NCBI GenBank assembly: GCA_963849325.1
Contig: CAWKHF010000010.1
Coordinates: forward strand, 320,001 to 384,000
Direction: 5' to 3'
DNA: 64,000 nt
Origin: an uncultured Planctomycetota bacterium
GTDB taxonomy: Bacteria; Planctomycetota; Planctomycetia; Gemmatales; Gemmataceae
Shown here: positions 30,248-40,941 of the stretch, in pieces
Layout: each line of letters starts with the position of its first letter
Numbering within the stretch: position 1 is the stretch's first letter
Position numbers and translations under genes: made by a program
The notes under the pieces: generated by a model
The model's database searches: none
Told to the model about the DNA's origin: nothing
Seen by the model: only the letters and a program-made list of their open reading frames with translations

Positions 30248-32208
30248 GTGAGCGCTGCGTTCGATCCTCTGGAAGCGCTGGCATCGCAGGCATGTCCCGG
30301 CGGTGGCTGGGGTTATGCCCTCGATCAGCCCGCCCACCTGGAGCCGACCTGTCTGGCCCTGCTGGCCCTGTCGCGCCAGCCGCAGCGCTATGGCTCGGTG
30401 ATCGAAGCCGGACGAAACTGGCTACACCAGTGCGCCGCCGGCGATGGGACGTATCGGCTCCAGCGCGGCCGGCCGGAGGCGGTTTGGCCGACGGCTCTGG
30501 TCCTTTTCGTCCATGCCACTCTCGGCGAACCGGCCGAGTCGCTGCACGAGACGGCGGCCGCTCTGCTGCGCGCAAGGGACGACAGGCGGAGGGCGACAAG
30601 GCCGACGACCCTGGCGACATCGATGAGAGCTTGATCGGCTGGCCGTGGGCGGAGGGCAATTTTTCCTGGGTCGAGCCAACGGCGTGGGCGTGCCTGGCCC
30701 TGCGACGGATCGGTCAGGGACGGCACCCGCGCGTCGAGGAAGGGCTGAAGATGCTGCTCGACCGCGCTCTGGAGGACGGCGGCATCAACTACGGCAATCG
30801 CCGTATCTTCGGCATCGCGCTGGAACCGATTCCGGGACCGACGGCGTTGATGCTTCTCGCCCTGCAAGGACGGTCCAATGATGCACGCATCGCCGCCGCC
30901 CTCAACTATCTGCGCCAGGTTGCCCTCAATGATGACGACCTGGAAAACGTGAGTTGGGCGCGGCTGGCCCTGGACGTGTACGGCTGGCGAGTGACGGAAC
31001 CGAGCCGCGACCGTGAGGAAGCGAAGGGAGGACCGCTCCCTTACGGTCGCGGCTCGGATAAAGCAGTCGCCCTCCGTTCGCCTTGGAAATTGGCGCTGGC
31101 GGCCCTGGCCCTGGACGTGGAGCACGGCAATCCGTTCCGTCTGCCCAGCGAGCCGGAATCTGATACTCTGCTGATGCCGCGCGAGCCGGCCCCAGTCAAG
31201 CGTCCTCTCGGCGAGCGTATCCGGGCCAAGGTCCGTGGCCTGGCCATCGAGACGGCGACTCGGCTGCGTCCGCTCGATTCGCCCTCCGCGGTCCACATCG
31301 CCCCGGTGGGCGATTACAACGCCGACCTCGCCGACGTGGTGTGCCGCCAGTACGAACATTTCCGCGCCCGCGTCCCGCTTCTCGGCAAGCGCGTCGTCCT
31401 CAAGCCGAACCTCGTCGAGTACCACCGCGACAAGGTCATCAACACCAATCCGCACGTCGTCGCCGCCGTCATCGAACTGTGCCGGCGCGAGGGAGCGGCC
31501 GAGGTGCTTGTCGCCGAGGGGCCGGGACACTGGCGCAACGTCGAATATCTCGTGGCGGCGAGCGGCCTGGGTGACGTGCTGCGCCACTACCGGACGCCGT
31601 TCGTCGATCTCAACCACGACGAGCCGAGCAAGCGCCTGAACCTCGGCCGGCTGACCGGGCTGGAGCACCTGTATCTGGCGCAGACGGTGGCGACGGCCGA
31701 CGTGGTGATTTCGCTGCCGAAGCTGAAGACGCATCACTGGGCGGTGGCGACGCTATCGCTGAAGAATCTGTTCGGCACCCTGCCGGGCATCTGCTATGGC
31801 TGGCCCAAGAACGAGCTGCACTGGCGCGGCATCGACAACAGCATCGTGGACATCGCCGCCACGCGCACGCCGGACCTGGCGATTGTCGATGGCATCATCG
31901 GCATGGAAGGCGACGGCCCGCTCAACGGCACGCCCAAGCCGATGGGCGTACTCGTCATGGGTTGTGACCTTGTGGCCGTGGACGCTACCTGCTGCCGACT
32001 GATGCAGCTCGATCCGGAGCGCGTCGGCTATCTCGTCCTGGCCCATCGCAAGAAACTGGGACAGCTCGCCGCCGACCACATTCAGCAAGTCGGCGAGACG
32101 ATCGCGGAGCGCGCCCAGCCCTTCGACACCGTGCCGCACTTCCGCTCGCTGTGGCTGGGCCGACCTGCTGAAGGGCCACTAACCAAATGCACATTGAACC
32201 ACGGATAA
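30248..32208 (+). CDS. Prenyltransferase-like repeat domain fused to DUF362 (frameshift near 30575)
   Basis: GGWGY..EPTCLALLAL, GWPW..WVEPTAW, DGGINYGN; VVLKPNLV, LPKLKTH..LSLKNLFG, VDGIIGMEGDGP. Confidence 0.8.
31000..31057. repeat. REP-like palindrome inside a coding sequence
   Basis: Right arm ccgctcccttacggtcgcggctcgg identical to 9732-9756. Confidence 0.9.
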
Positions 32209-32228
32209 CACGGATGACACGGATAAAG
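32197..32228. repeat. CACGGA 9-mer repeat arm
   Basis: aaccacggataacacggatgacacggataaag; related to 57136-57299. Confidence 0.7.
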
Positions 32229-32248
32229 AAAACCAGAACATTTCTTTA

Positions 32249-33179
32249 GAGCCTATCCGGTTAACCCCATACGCTTGTAAATGATGAAGGCGAAAGACAT
32301 ATGCAACAGGGCAATATAGTTCTCGGCCTTCTTGCACCAACGGATCAGAATGCCGCGGAATCGGTTCATCCAACTGTGCGTCCGCTCCGCCACCCAACGT
32401 CTCGCCTTACGGCCCGCCTTCCGCTTCACCTGCTGCGCGGCTCCCTTCTGGGGCGGCAGATGCGTCGTGAAGTAGAATTCTTCGGCAATCGCTTGCACCT
32501 CGTCATAGTCATAGCCCAAGTCCAGGCACAGACCCTGCGGCTCGTCGGGCGTCGGCTCGGGACGCTCCACGGGGATGCTGTCGAGAGTCTCTTCGACCAT
32601 CTTCATGTCCGGACGGTTGGCACCGTCCACGGCCAGTCCCACCGGGATGCCCTCGGCCTCGGTCAGCAGGCTGCGTTTGCTGCCCTTCTTGGCCCGGTCG
32701 GTGGGATTTTTGCCCGTCTTTTTCCCCCCCAAGGGGTGCTTGGGTCATGCACCCGTCCATCGACAGCCAGGACCAATCGATCCCTTTCCAGTCGTCGTAG
32801 GCCATCAAGCCGTGTTCCCAGAGTTCCCGGAAGACGCCGGCCTGGACCCATTCTTGAAAACGATCGTGGGCGGTGGAAGCCGGGCAGAACTTGGTGGCGT
32901 CCAGCGCCTTCCATTGACAGCCGGTGCGGAGCACGAAGAGGATGGCTTCCATGCAGAACACGGTCGGGCTTTCGGGGCCGACCGCCGCCGAAGCGGTGTG
33001 TGTTTGGGTGTTCGGGCAGCAGCGGAGCGATGGCCTCCCAGAGGTCATCGGAGATACGCCAATCGTCCGGAATGGGTCGTTCGTCCATGGTAGAGCCTCC
33101 GCACAACGCCAGTCATCGAGACACAAGTGCCGACGGACTATAGACATTGTACTCGTCACCAGGTTATTCGGATAGGCTC
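32249..33179 (-). mobile_element. IS5-family insertion sequence (IS427-like), about 931 bp
   Basis: Terminal inverted repeats GAGCCTATCCG(GT/AA)TAACC, TA duplication on both sides, split transposase. Confidence 0.92.
32253..33088 (-). CDS. IS5-family transposase (G7A5 slippery site at 32719-32730 plus one extra frameshift)
   Basis: ISDDLWEAIAPLLP, ILFVLRTGCQW, MDG, GSKRSLL, DLGYD, RWVAERTHSW. Confidence 0.9.
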
Positions 33180-33205
33180 TAAGGGATTGAAGCCGACCGA
33201 CAGGC

Positions 33206-34844
33206 TCAGCGCCGGTGTACGCGCCGCACGTAGCCCTTGCTCGCCACCTCCCACACCTTCGCGCCGCGACGGTCCAGCTCGACGACGCGGCCGTTCGTCG
33301 CCACCAGCGTGGTGCCGGTCGGCGTCCGCCACACACCGCAAGCGCCGGCCGCCTGGCCCTGCCACAAGATTTGGCCCTTGGCGTCCACTTCCAGCACCCG
33401 GCCGCTCGACGAGTTGGCAACCAGGAAGCGATCGCCGGGAAGATCCTGAATGCCCACGTACATCGGCTGCGGCGGGAAGCGCTATCGTGCGCACCTTGTT
33501 GCCGGCCGTGTCCACCTCCACGATCTCGTTGTTCCCCACGAAGAGGATGTGGCCATTGCGGTGCTTGCGGATGGCGTTGGAGCCGGCCGGCAGCTTGAAC
33601 GAATAGACCTCCCGGCCGTCGCGGGTGAACTCCATGACGCTGCCGTAGGTGGAAACGAAGGTGTTGCCGTTGGGCAAACGCTGGCAGCCGGTCGGGTCGC
33701 CGCCGATCTTTTTCTGCCACAGGACCTTGCCGGTGAAATCGCGCTCGCTGACGGAGTGGGCGTGTGACTCGGCGACGAGGACGCGATTGCCCGGCAGCAC
33801 CTGCGCCTCCATCGGGCCGGCGAGTCCAGTCAGCTCCCAGCGCCGCTTGCCGCCGCGGCCGCACTCCCAGACGCGGCCGGTGTTGAACTCGATGCCCAGC
33901 GTCAGGTCCAGCAGCGGTCGATCGTCGGCGACGCGGGCCCAATCAACCGAATCGCCGTGACGCTGCCACCAAGTCTGCCAGGCATCGCGGCACTCGCGGC
34001 GATTGCCGGTGCCGGCGTCGTCCCTCGACACCGCCGGCGCTTGCTCACCGGCCAGCAGGTACAGCGACTCTTCGGCTCGCGCGGCCACCTCCGGCGGAGC
34101 GTCTTCCAGTAGCTGGATGAGGGTTGTCACGCCGTCCTTGTCGCGCGCCAGGAGCAACGCCCGCGCCGTCCGCCAACGCACGGTCGCATCGGGATCGCGC
34201 AGCAGCGGCCGTACCAATGCCCGTCGGGTCGCATCGCGGTTACGGCCGAGGACGTGGGCCGCGGCCGCGCGAACCAGCGGGTGCGCGTCGGCCACGGCCT
34301 TCGTCAGGGCCGCGTCGAACGGGCCGCTGTCGGGTGTCAGGTTCACGAGGGCGGCGCGAATTTCTTCCTCGACGCCTTCGTCCTCCGCGAAGGGGAGATA
34401 GGCCAGCAGGGCCGCCGTCGCTCCGGCCGGCCGAAGCTGGGTCAGCACATGGATGGCGGCCGCCGGCAGGGCCGGGCCGGGGCCGCTGTCGATCTCTTCC
34501 AGGCATAGCGCCGCACGCCGGGCGATCTCCGCATCCGGGTCGCGCCGGGCGCGGCCCAGCAGGGTCCGTGCCGGAGGGCCACGCTGGATCAGCTGGCGCG
34601 AGGCGTCTTCCCGCAGCCGATACTGATCGCTGCCGAGCTGGCGAACCCACGCTTTCATCTGCTCGCGGTCGGCGTCGTTGGGCGTTCGCTGCCGGAAGAA
34701 CGTCAGCAGAGCCGCCGCGTCCGTGCCGACGCCCGCATCTTGGAGTACTTTTTCGTATTCTGTCGCGGCATTCAGCGGACTCGCGCCGATCAGGGCGAGT
34801 AGGAAAAGGAGCATCCGTACTCGGCGCCGTCGGACAACGGACAT
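33206..34844 (-). CDS. Secreted HEAT-repeat + beta-propeller protein (frameshift near 33480)
   Basis: Signal peptide, LGSDQYRLREDA and DPDAEI HEAT-like repeats, LPNGNT/GKVLW propeller repeats. Confidence 0.8.
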
Positions 34845-34981
34845 GGCGGACTTCTCCCGGAAGGCAAGGAAGATTCAGTCTACCCACCAGGATAACTCGT
34901 TCGGCGAAGGAACGCCTAGATTATTTCGCGCCGTTGTCCGTCGGGGTGTGTGCGTGGGTTCCGGAGTTGGTGATTCGCCTC

Positions 34982-35026
34982 CGTTGCCAAGCTCTGCTTG
35001 GCAACGCACGTCGGGAAGCTCTGCTT
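34982..35026. repeat. Palindromic repeat/MITE-like remnant
   Basis: cgttgccaagctctgcttggcaacg hairpin followed by a second aagctctgcttg. Confidence 0.6.
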
Positions 35027-35054
35027 GCCGTCCTGTGATGGGGCGAGGTCCGCC

Positions 35055-35333
35055 CTACGGCGGCGGTCCTTTCTCGTGCTGCTGGACGAGGTGCTGCAGC
35101 ATCCGAAGCAGCGCGCGAGTGGTGCTCCAGTTGAGCACCAGGCGATGAGTCAGCAGGATCGGCTCGGGACCGTCTGCTCCCTGGTAGTGGGCGTGGACGC
35201 CGAAGTCGAGCATCACTTCCTCCTCGCCGGCCCGCCCGCGGAAGAAGTTGCTGTACGTCACCGTCAGCGAACGTGTATCGAGGGGCGGCGACGAGGAAGT
35301 AGGGACGGCCGGAGGCGGTGTTTGTTCGCTCAT
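35055..35333 (-). CDS. DUF3467-like protein
   Basis: TYSNFFR...EEVMLDFG...HRLVL. Confidence 0.75.
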   Translation of the reverse strand: MSEQTPPPAVPTSSSPPLDTRSLTVTYSNFFRGRAGEEEVMLDFGVHAHYQGADGPEPILLTHRLVLNWSTTRALLRMLQHLVQQHEKGPPP

Positions 35334-35542
35334 GAGGAAGACTCCGAGCTAATGAAGATAGACCTTCGCCTGAGACCTCATCGTAACACTGTCACGCCGC
35401 GGCGAAAAGGAGGAAGCGGCGTTCCGCTCATTATCTCGTCCTTCGAGGCGAAAAGACGGAGATACGAAAAATCGTTGACCGGGGCGGGCCTCGGAGGTAC
35501 AACCCTATTATGCCCTCAGCTTGTGGTGGAGGAGGTTCCCCA

Positions 35543-36360
35543 TGATGGCCTTCACTCGTTCGCGCGTTGGTTTGATGGCGTTGCTGCTCGTCCTGAGCGG
35601 GCTGATGCTGATCGTGGTGCCACGTCCGCAAGCCGCGCCGCTTCCCGACAAGGCACGCCGGGCGACGTCCGTCCCTCGTGTCTACGCCCTCTTGCACGTC
35701 GGCAAGGCATGGGAAGGGTTCGCGTCCGACTTGTATCTTGAAGACGCCTACCGCGAAACTCGACGAATGTATTTCAAGAGCAACGCCCTCTGTCTCGAAG
35801 ATTGGCGCAAGGCCGGGATTCAGCTTGGTCCAGAGTGGTATCGCGGTAACTGCGTCCTTGACCAGGCTCTTGACGATCCCGAGATTGTCAACCTGCAACT
35901 GGAGAAGAAACACCCGGACGCGAAGGATTGGGTGGACAGGAACCTCCGTTCCGATTACCTGGGAAATACCCCTGTCCTGCGCATCTGGCTGGCGGATGGC
36001 TCTCCCGAGGAACAGGTTGTCATCCTAAACGCCCTCCTCCGCACCTATCTCCGTGACGATGTCGATCAGGATCGCAATTGGATGACGAGCCTTATGGACG
36101 GTTGGAAAAAAAAACGCGACCTTCATCTCTCTTTGATGTCGAAGGAAGAAGCCGAGTTACTCGAGCTGAGCAAAGTCGTGCCGCGCGATGAGGACGAGCA
36201 GCGAACTCTCGAGTTCCGGCGGGCCCAGTTGAGAAACGGTTTCCCTATCAGGAAGGAAACGGTGCGGGAACTCCAACTCCGTATTGACAAACAGCAGGAC
36301 CGCATCCGCTCCCTGCCCCATGTGCTCAAATGGTCGGAAAAGCCAGAGGCAGCGGAATAG
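35543..36360 (+). CDS. Secreted protein resembling a stand-alone Wzz/GumC periplasmic domain
   Basis: Signal ending QA-APLP; VLDQALDDP..DWVDRNL..VLRI..PEE..ILNALLRTYL; C-terminal coiled coil. Confidence 0.55.
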
Positions 36361-36401
36361 GCCGTTGCCTCTGTTGATCGCCCGGTCCCGGCGGAACGGC
36401 T

Positions 36402-39400
36402 CTAGGAGTCCAGCTGCACCTTGCCCTTGTTCCATTGCTTCGGGTCGATTATCGTGCCATTGAGGTTCGTTGTGGTGAAGTTCCCCTTGATGCTCTGGGG
36501 TGACAAGACTCCCCAGAACAGTCCCTTACTCAGACCGTTCTGGACCGTCACCTTGAGCGTGCTCCCCTTCAGGAGCTGCAGCTGGCCTGTGACGCCCAGT
36601 ATGTCGCAATGGAACTTCGTCTGACCATCGATCTTGGGGTCATACTCTCCCCCCAAGGAAAGATTTCCATTGATGACCAACACACCGTACCCTCCGGCCC
36701 CAAGCCCCTGACCTAGCACGATGTTCCCGCCACTAATCGTAGCGTTCGGCACCGTCAGTTCATCCTTGTTTTCGTCCAGAGTCGCCAGCGTTCCGCTGCT
36801 CTGAATATAGTTGTGCTTCAGGATAAGACCGACCCAGCCGTACAGGTTCAGAGAGCCGCCGACCATGTCGAAGTCCGAATTGGCAGTCGCCGCATCCGTA
36901 CCGTCGATGACGAGGTCGCCGCCCGGATTTGCCGCGTTGCCGCCGCCATTGACATTGAAGACACCACGGTTGAAGACAGCGATTTGGATCGTGGTCTTCG
37001 TGTTCGGTTTCCCAACGTAGTCCACCCGTCCGTCATTGGTCAGGATCGAACCGACTCCGCCGGATGTGATGAGCGTCGCATTGCCGCTGCCATCCAATCT
37101 TAGATAACTGTGCGGACCAACGTACAATCGAGCGGGACCAGCGAGTTTGAGTGGATTGCCGGTGGCTATAGCTAGGGTGGTATTTTGACCGTTAACCATG
37201 ATATTAGCCGCACTTTGCATATTGTAATTACCGCCGATGTTCACCCATGCTATGTCCTGGATGTCGAAGTCTCCTTGCTGGCCAGAGAAGTTGAAGTTGG
37301 TGAGCGTACTGGTGCCGCTCTGCACGTTCAAGTCGGAGAAAATAGACTTGAAGTTCACATTCAGGCTGGACTTGGTGTCTTCGCTGATGCTCCCGGAGTC
37401 AGTCACGTTCACGCCAGCGTCGAGTGCCATCTGCGCGGTGTAGCCGTGTCGTAGGATGATCAACGAAGGAGAGATATTCTTGTTCCACTCGATGTCCGCG
37501 TTGGCCACGTTACCGTCAAATACGGCGGGAGAGCCGTTCGGCACTTCGTCGGCCGTCCAATTATCGGGATTGCTGGCCAAGTTGTTCTCGCCGGCCGGTC
37601 TCCAGATATTCTCCGTGGGCGTCGGTGTAGGCGTGGGTGTAGGCGTCGGCGTGAGGGTCAGCGTGACCGTGGCTGGCTGGGAATTCTCCGCACCATCGCT
37701 GTCCTGATACTGGAAGCTGTCCGTGCCCGTATAGCCGGTGTTGGGCGTGTAGGTGAACGAACCGTCGGGGTTCAGTTGCAGCGTACCATTGCTGGGAGCG
37801 CTGACCAGGCTGGTCGTCAGTTGGTCGCCGTCGGCGTCCGTGTCGTTGGCCAGGACGCCCGAGGAAGCATCCACACTCAACGGCGTGTCCTCGGTAACGT
37901 CGTAGCTATCGGCGTTGGCCACCGGCGCATTATCCGCCACGCTGATCGTGACCGTGGCCGTGTTCGACGTGTACGCGCCGTCGCTGGCCTGATACTGGAA
38001 ACTATCGCTGCCGACGTAGCCCTGGTTCGGTAGATAGGTGAACGAGCCGTCGGAACTGAGGCTCAGCGTACCGTGGCTGGTTCCACTGCCAACCAAGCTG
38101 ACCGTCAGTTGATCGCCGTCGGCGTCCGTGTCGTTAGCCAGGACGCCCGAGAAGGCATTCACGCTCAACGACGTGTTGCCCTTGGGAACTTCGTAGCTGT
38201 CGTCGTTGGCCACCGGCGCATTATCCGTCACGCTGATCGTGACCGTGGCCGTGTTCGACGTGTTCGTGCCGTCGCTGGCCTGGTACTGGAAACTATCGCT
38301 GCCGACATAACCTTTGTTCGGGATGTAGGTGAACGAACCATCGGAGCTGAGGTTGAGCGTGCCGTGGCTGGTTCCACTGCCGACCAAACTGGCCGTCAGC
38401 GAATCGCCATCGCTGTCGCTGGCATAGCTGAGCACGCCCTGCGATGCATCCATGCTGAGCAGTTGATCGTGGAGCGTGCTGTAGCTGGCGTCGCCGGCAG
38501 TCGGGCCGGAACCGCTGTCCTCATGCACGTTGAGCCATACCGTGGCCGTGTTGGAGTCTTCGGCGCCATCGTTGGCCTTGTAGGTGAAGCTGTCCGTGCC
38601 GGTGAAGCCGCTCGTGGGCGTGTAGGTGAAGGAGCCATCGCTATTCAGTTGCAGTGAACCATTGCTGGGACCGCTTACCACACTAGCCGTCAAACTGTCG
38701 TCGTCGGCATCGCTGGCGCTGGCAAGCACCCCCTGGGACGCCGTGACGTTGACGGTACTGTTGGCGGGGAGGCTATAGGATAGGTCCGACACGACCGGCA
38801 CCTGGTCGGTGACCTCAAGGGACACCGTGGCCGGGGGGCTACTGTTATAGACGCCGTCGTTGGCCACATAGGTAAAACTGTCGCTGCCGACGTAGCCGGC
38901 GTTGGGCACATAGGTGAATGAACCGTCCCCGTTCAGTGCCAGCGTGCCATTGCTGGGACCGCTGACCACACTGGCCGTCAACGGGTCGCCGTCGGGGTCG
39001 GTGTCGTTGGCCAGCACGCCGGCGGAGGCGTCCGGGTTCAGCACCCGGTCATGCACGACCGCGTAGCTGTCATCATTCGCCAGCGGCGGGTTGTCCGTCA
39101 CACTGATGGAGACGGTGGCCGTGTTCGAGTTTTCCGCGTCGTCGTTGGCCTGGTACTGGAAACTATCGCCGCCGACGTAGCCCTTGTTCGGCGTGTAGGT
39201 GAAGGAGCCGTCGCTGTTGAAGCTGAGCGTGCCGTGGCTGGGACCACCGACGAGGTTGGCCGTCAGCGTATCACCATCGGCATCCGTATCGTTGCCCAGC
39301 ACGCCGCCGCTGAGGGTACGGTCATGCACCACCGAGAAGTCGTCATCGTTGGCCACCGGAGCGTTGTCCATCACATCGATGTAGGCCGTGGCCGGGTCCG

Positions 39401-40664
39401 AGTTTTCCGCGCCGTCGTTGGCCTGGTACTGGAAACTATCGATGCCGACGAAGCCCTTGGTGGGCGTGTAGGTGAAGGTGCCATCGGAATTGAAGCTCAG
39501 CGTACCGTGGCTGGGACCGCCGGCCGTGCTGTACGTCAGCGGATCGCCGTCCTCGTCGTAGCCCCACACTTCGCCCGTGAGCGTGCGATCATGCAAGACC
39601 TCGAAGCCGGCGTTGGAGACCACCGGGGCCTGATCGGTCACGCTGATGCCAACCGTGGCCGGATCGCTGGTGGAGACGCCGTCGCTGGCGGTGAACTGAA
39701 AACTGTCGCTGCCGACGAAGCCCTTGCTGGGCGTGTAGGTGAAGGTGCCGTCGCCGTTTAGGCTCAGCGTACCGTGGCTGGGACCACTGCTCGCGCTGTA
39801 CGTCAAGGGGTCGTCGTCGCCGTCGTAGGCCCACACATAGCCGCTGAGCGTTTGATCGTGAAGTACGCTATAGCCATTGCCGTAGGCCACCGGCACCTGG
39901 TTGGTAACGTCGATGGACACGGTGGCGGTGTTGCTGGTGTAGGTGCCGTCGCTGGCGGTGAATTGGAAACTGTCGCTGCCGACATAGCCCTTATCGGGCG
40001 TGTACGTGAAGGAGCCACCGCTGTTGAAGCTGAGCGTTCCGTGGCTGGGACCGCTGCCGCTGACCGTGCTGAGCGTCACGGTATCGCCATCGTCGTCGTA
40101 GCCCCACACGTCGCCGTCCAGGGTGCGGTCGTGTATAACGCTGAAGCTGCCGTCATCGGCCACCGGAGGGGTATTCGAACCGCTGCCCGAACCCGTGCCG
40201 CTGCCGCTGTCGTCCGCCGTCATCATTCCCGAAGGCGGTAGTCCGAGCCGATGGTGGACCTCTCCCGACGGCGAGCCATAACCGCTGCCCCAACCGTGGC
40301 CGGCCACCGTGGGCGACGCCGAAATCGCCGTCGGAGTCGTGGTCGAAGTCGAGTGCGTACCGCTGCCCCAGCCGTGGCCGACACGGATGAGCGTAGCGAG
40401 ACTCGGATGCCCTAGCGAATCGTGTCCTGGGTCCATCGTATGCGCCGAGTGAAGGGCCATGTCCGCAACAACCGGCGGTGGCTCCGGCAGGGGTGTCACC
40501 GGCGAAGCCGATGGCAAGCTGCGATCTTCCAGCCATTCCAATCCCGGTTTCATGCTCGGACGAGGGCGGCGAATCTTCGGACGCGAAGTCCTCTCTTCGG
40601 CTCGTTCCGCCATCAGGCGACGACGCGCTTCCCACTTTTTCCGCAGAAAGTTGAAGAGAGACAT
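36402..40664 (-). CDS. Large surface protein with 9 cadherin-like/Ig-like repeats
   Basis: LEWLEDRSLPS export motif; nine repeats of PVAxDD..D.DGD.L..PSHGTL..DGSFTYTP..G.DSF.Y; PT linker; beta-rich C-terminus. Confidence 0.9.
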   Translation of the reverse strand: MSLFNFLRKKWEARRRLMAERAEERTSRPKIRRPRPSMKPGLEWLEDRSLPSASPVTPLPEPPPVVADMALHSAHTMDPGHDSLGHPSLATLIRVGHGWGSGTHSTSTTTPTAISASPTVAGHGWGSGYGSPSGEVHHRLGLPPSGMMTADDSGSGTGSGSGSNTPPVADDGSFSVIHDRTLDGDVWGYDDDGDTVTLSTVSGSGPSHGTLSFNSGGSFTYTPDKGYVGSDSFQFTASDGTYTSNTATVSIDVTNQVPVAYGNGYSVLHDQTLSGYVWAYDGDDDPLTYSASSGPSHGTLSLNGDGTFTYTPSKGFVGSDSFQFTASDGVSTSDPATVGISVTDQAPVVSNAGFEVLHDRTLTGEVWGYDEDGDPLTYSTAGGPSHGTLSFNSDGTFTYTPTKGFVGIDSFQYQANDGAENSDPATAYIDVMDNAPVANDDDFSVVHDRTLSGGVLGNDTDADGDTLTANLVGGPSHGTLSFNSDGSFTYTPNKGYVGGDSFQYQANDDAENSNTATVSISVTDNPPLANDDSYAVVHDRVLNPDASAGVLANDTDPDGDPLTASVVSGPSNGTLALNGDGSFTYVPNAGYVGSDSFTYVANDGVYNSSPPATVSLEVTDQVPVVSDLSYSLPANSTVNVTASQGVLASASDADDDSLTASVVSGPSNGSLQLNSDGSFTYTPTSGFTGTDSFTYKANDGAEDSNTATVWLNVHEDSGSGPTAGDASYSTLHDQLLSMDASQGVLSYASDSDGDSLTASLVGSGTSHGTLNLSSDGSFTYIPNKGYVGSDSFQYQASDGTNTSNTATVTISVTDNAPVANDDSYEVPKGNTSLSVNAFSGVLANDTDADGDQLTVSLVGSGTSHGTLSLSSDGSFTYLPNQGYVGSDSFQYQASDGAYTSNTATVTISVADNAPVANADSYDVTEDTPLSVDASSGVLANDTDADGDQLTTSLVSAPSNGTLQLNPDGSFTYTPNTGYTGTDSFQYQDSDGAENSQPATVTLTLTPTPTPTPTPTPTENIWRPAGENNLASNPDNWTADEVPNGSPAVFDGNVANADIEWNKNISPSLIILRHGYTAQMALDAGVNVTDSGSISEDTKSSLNVNFKSIFSDLNVQSGTSTLTNFNFSGQQGDFDIQDIAWVNIGGNYNMQSAANIMVNGQNTTLAIATGNPLKLAGPARLYVGPHSYLRLDGSGNATLITSGGVGSILTNDGRVDYVGKPNTKTTIQIAVFNRGVFNVNGGGNAANPGGDLVIDGTDAATANSDFDMVGGSLNLYGWVGLILKHNYIQSSGTLATLDENKDELTVPNATISGGNIVLGQGLGAGGYGVLVINGNLSLGGEYDPKIDGQTKFHCDILGVTGQLQLLKGSTLKVTVQNGLSKGLFWGVLSPQSIKGNFTTTNLNGTIIDPKQWNKGKVQLDS

Positions 40665-40941
40665 GGGGCCGACCTCCCTGACGAAGACGAGAACAAGTAT
40701 GACTTTTCCGTGAAGAGATTTTCAGGAGAGTAATCGCCGGGAGAACCACCGTCAAGCATCAAATAGAAATAATTCGGTCAGTCCTTTTCTTTCCCGTCTC
40801 GGGTGCCGCTGCGGCCTTGGTGGCGAGCGGGCCATTTCATAGCCTTACTTCACACTGTCGCCACGTCGCCGAAACAGGGAAGGCGGCCATCCGCGGCGCC
40901 CTCGGCTGGTCCCGCTGTCATCCTCGGAGGGAAGCAAAGGC

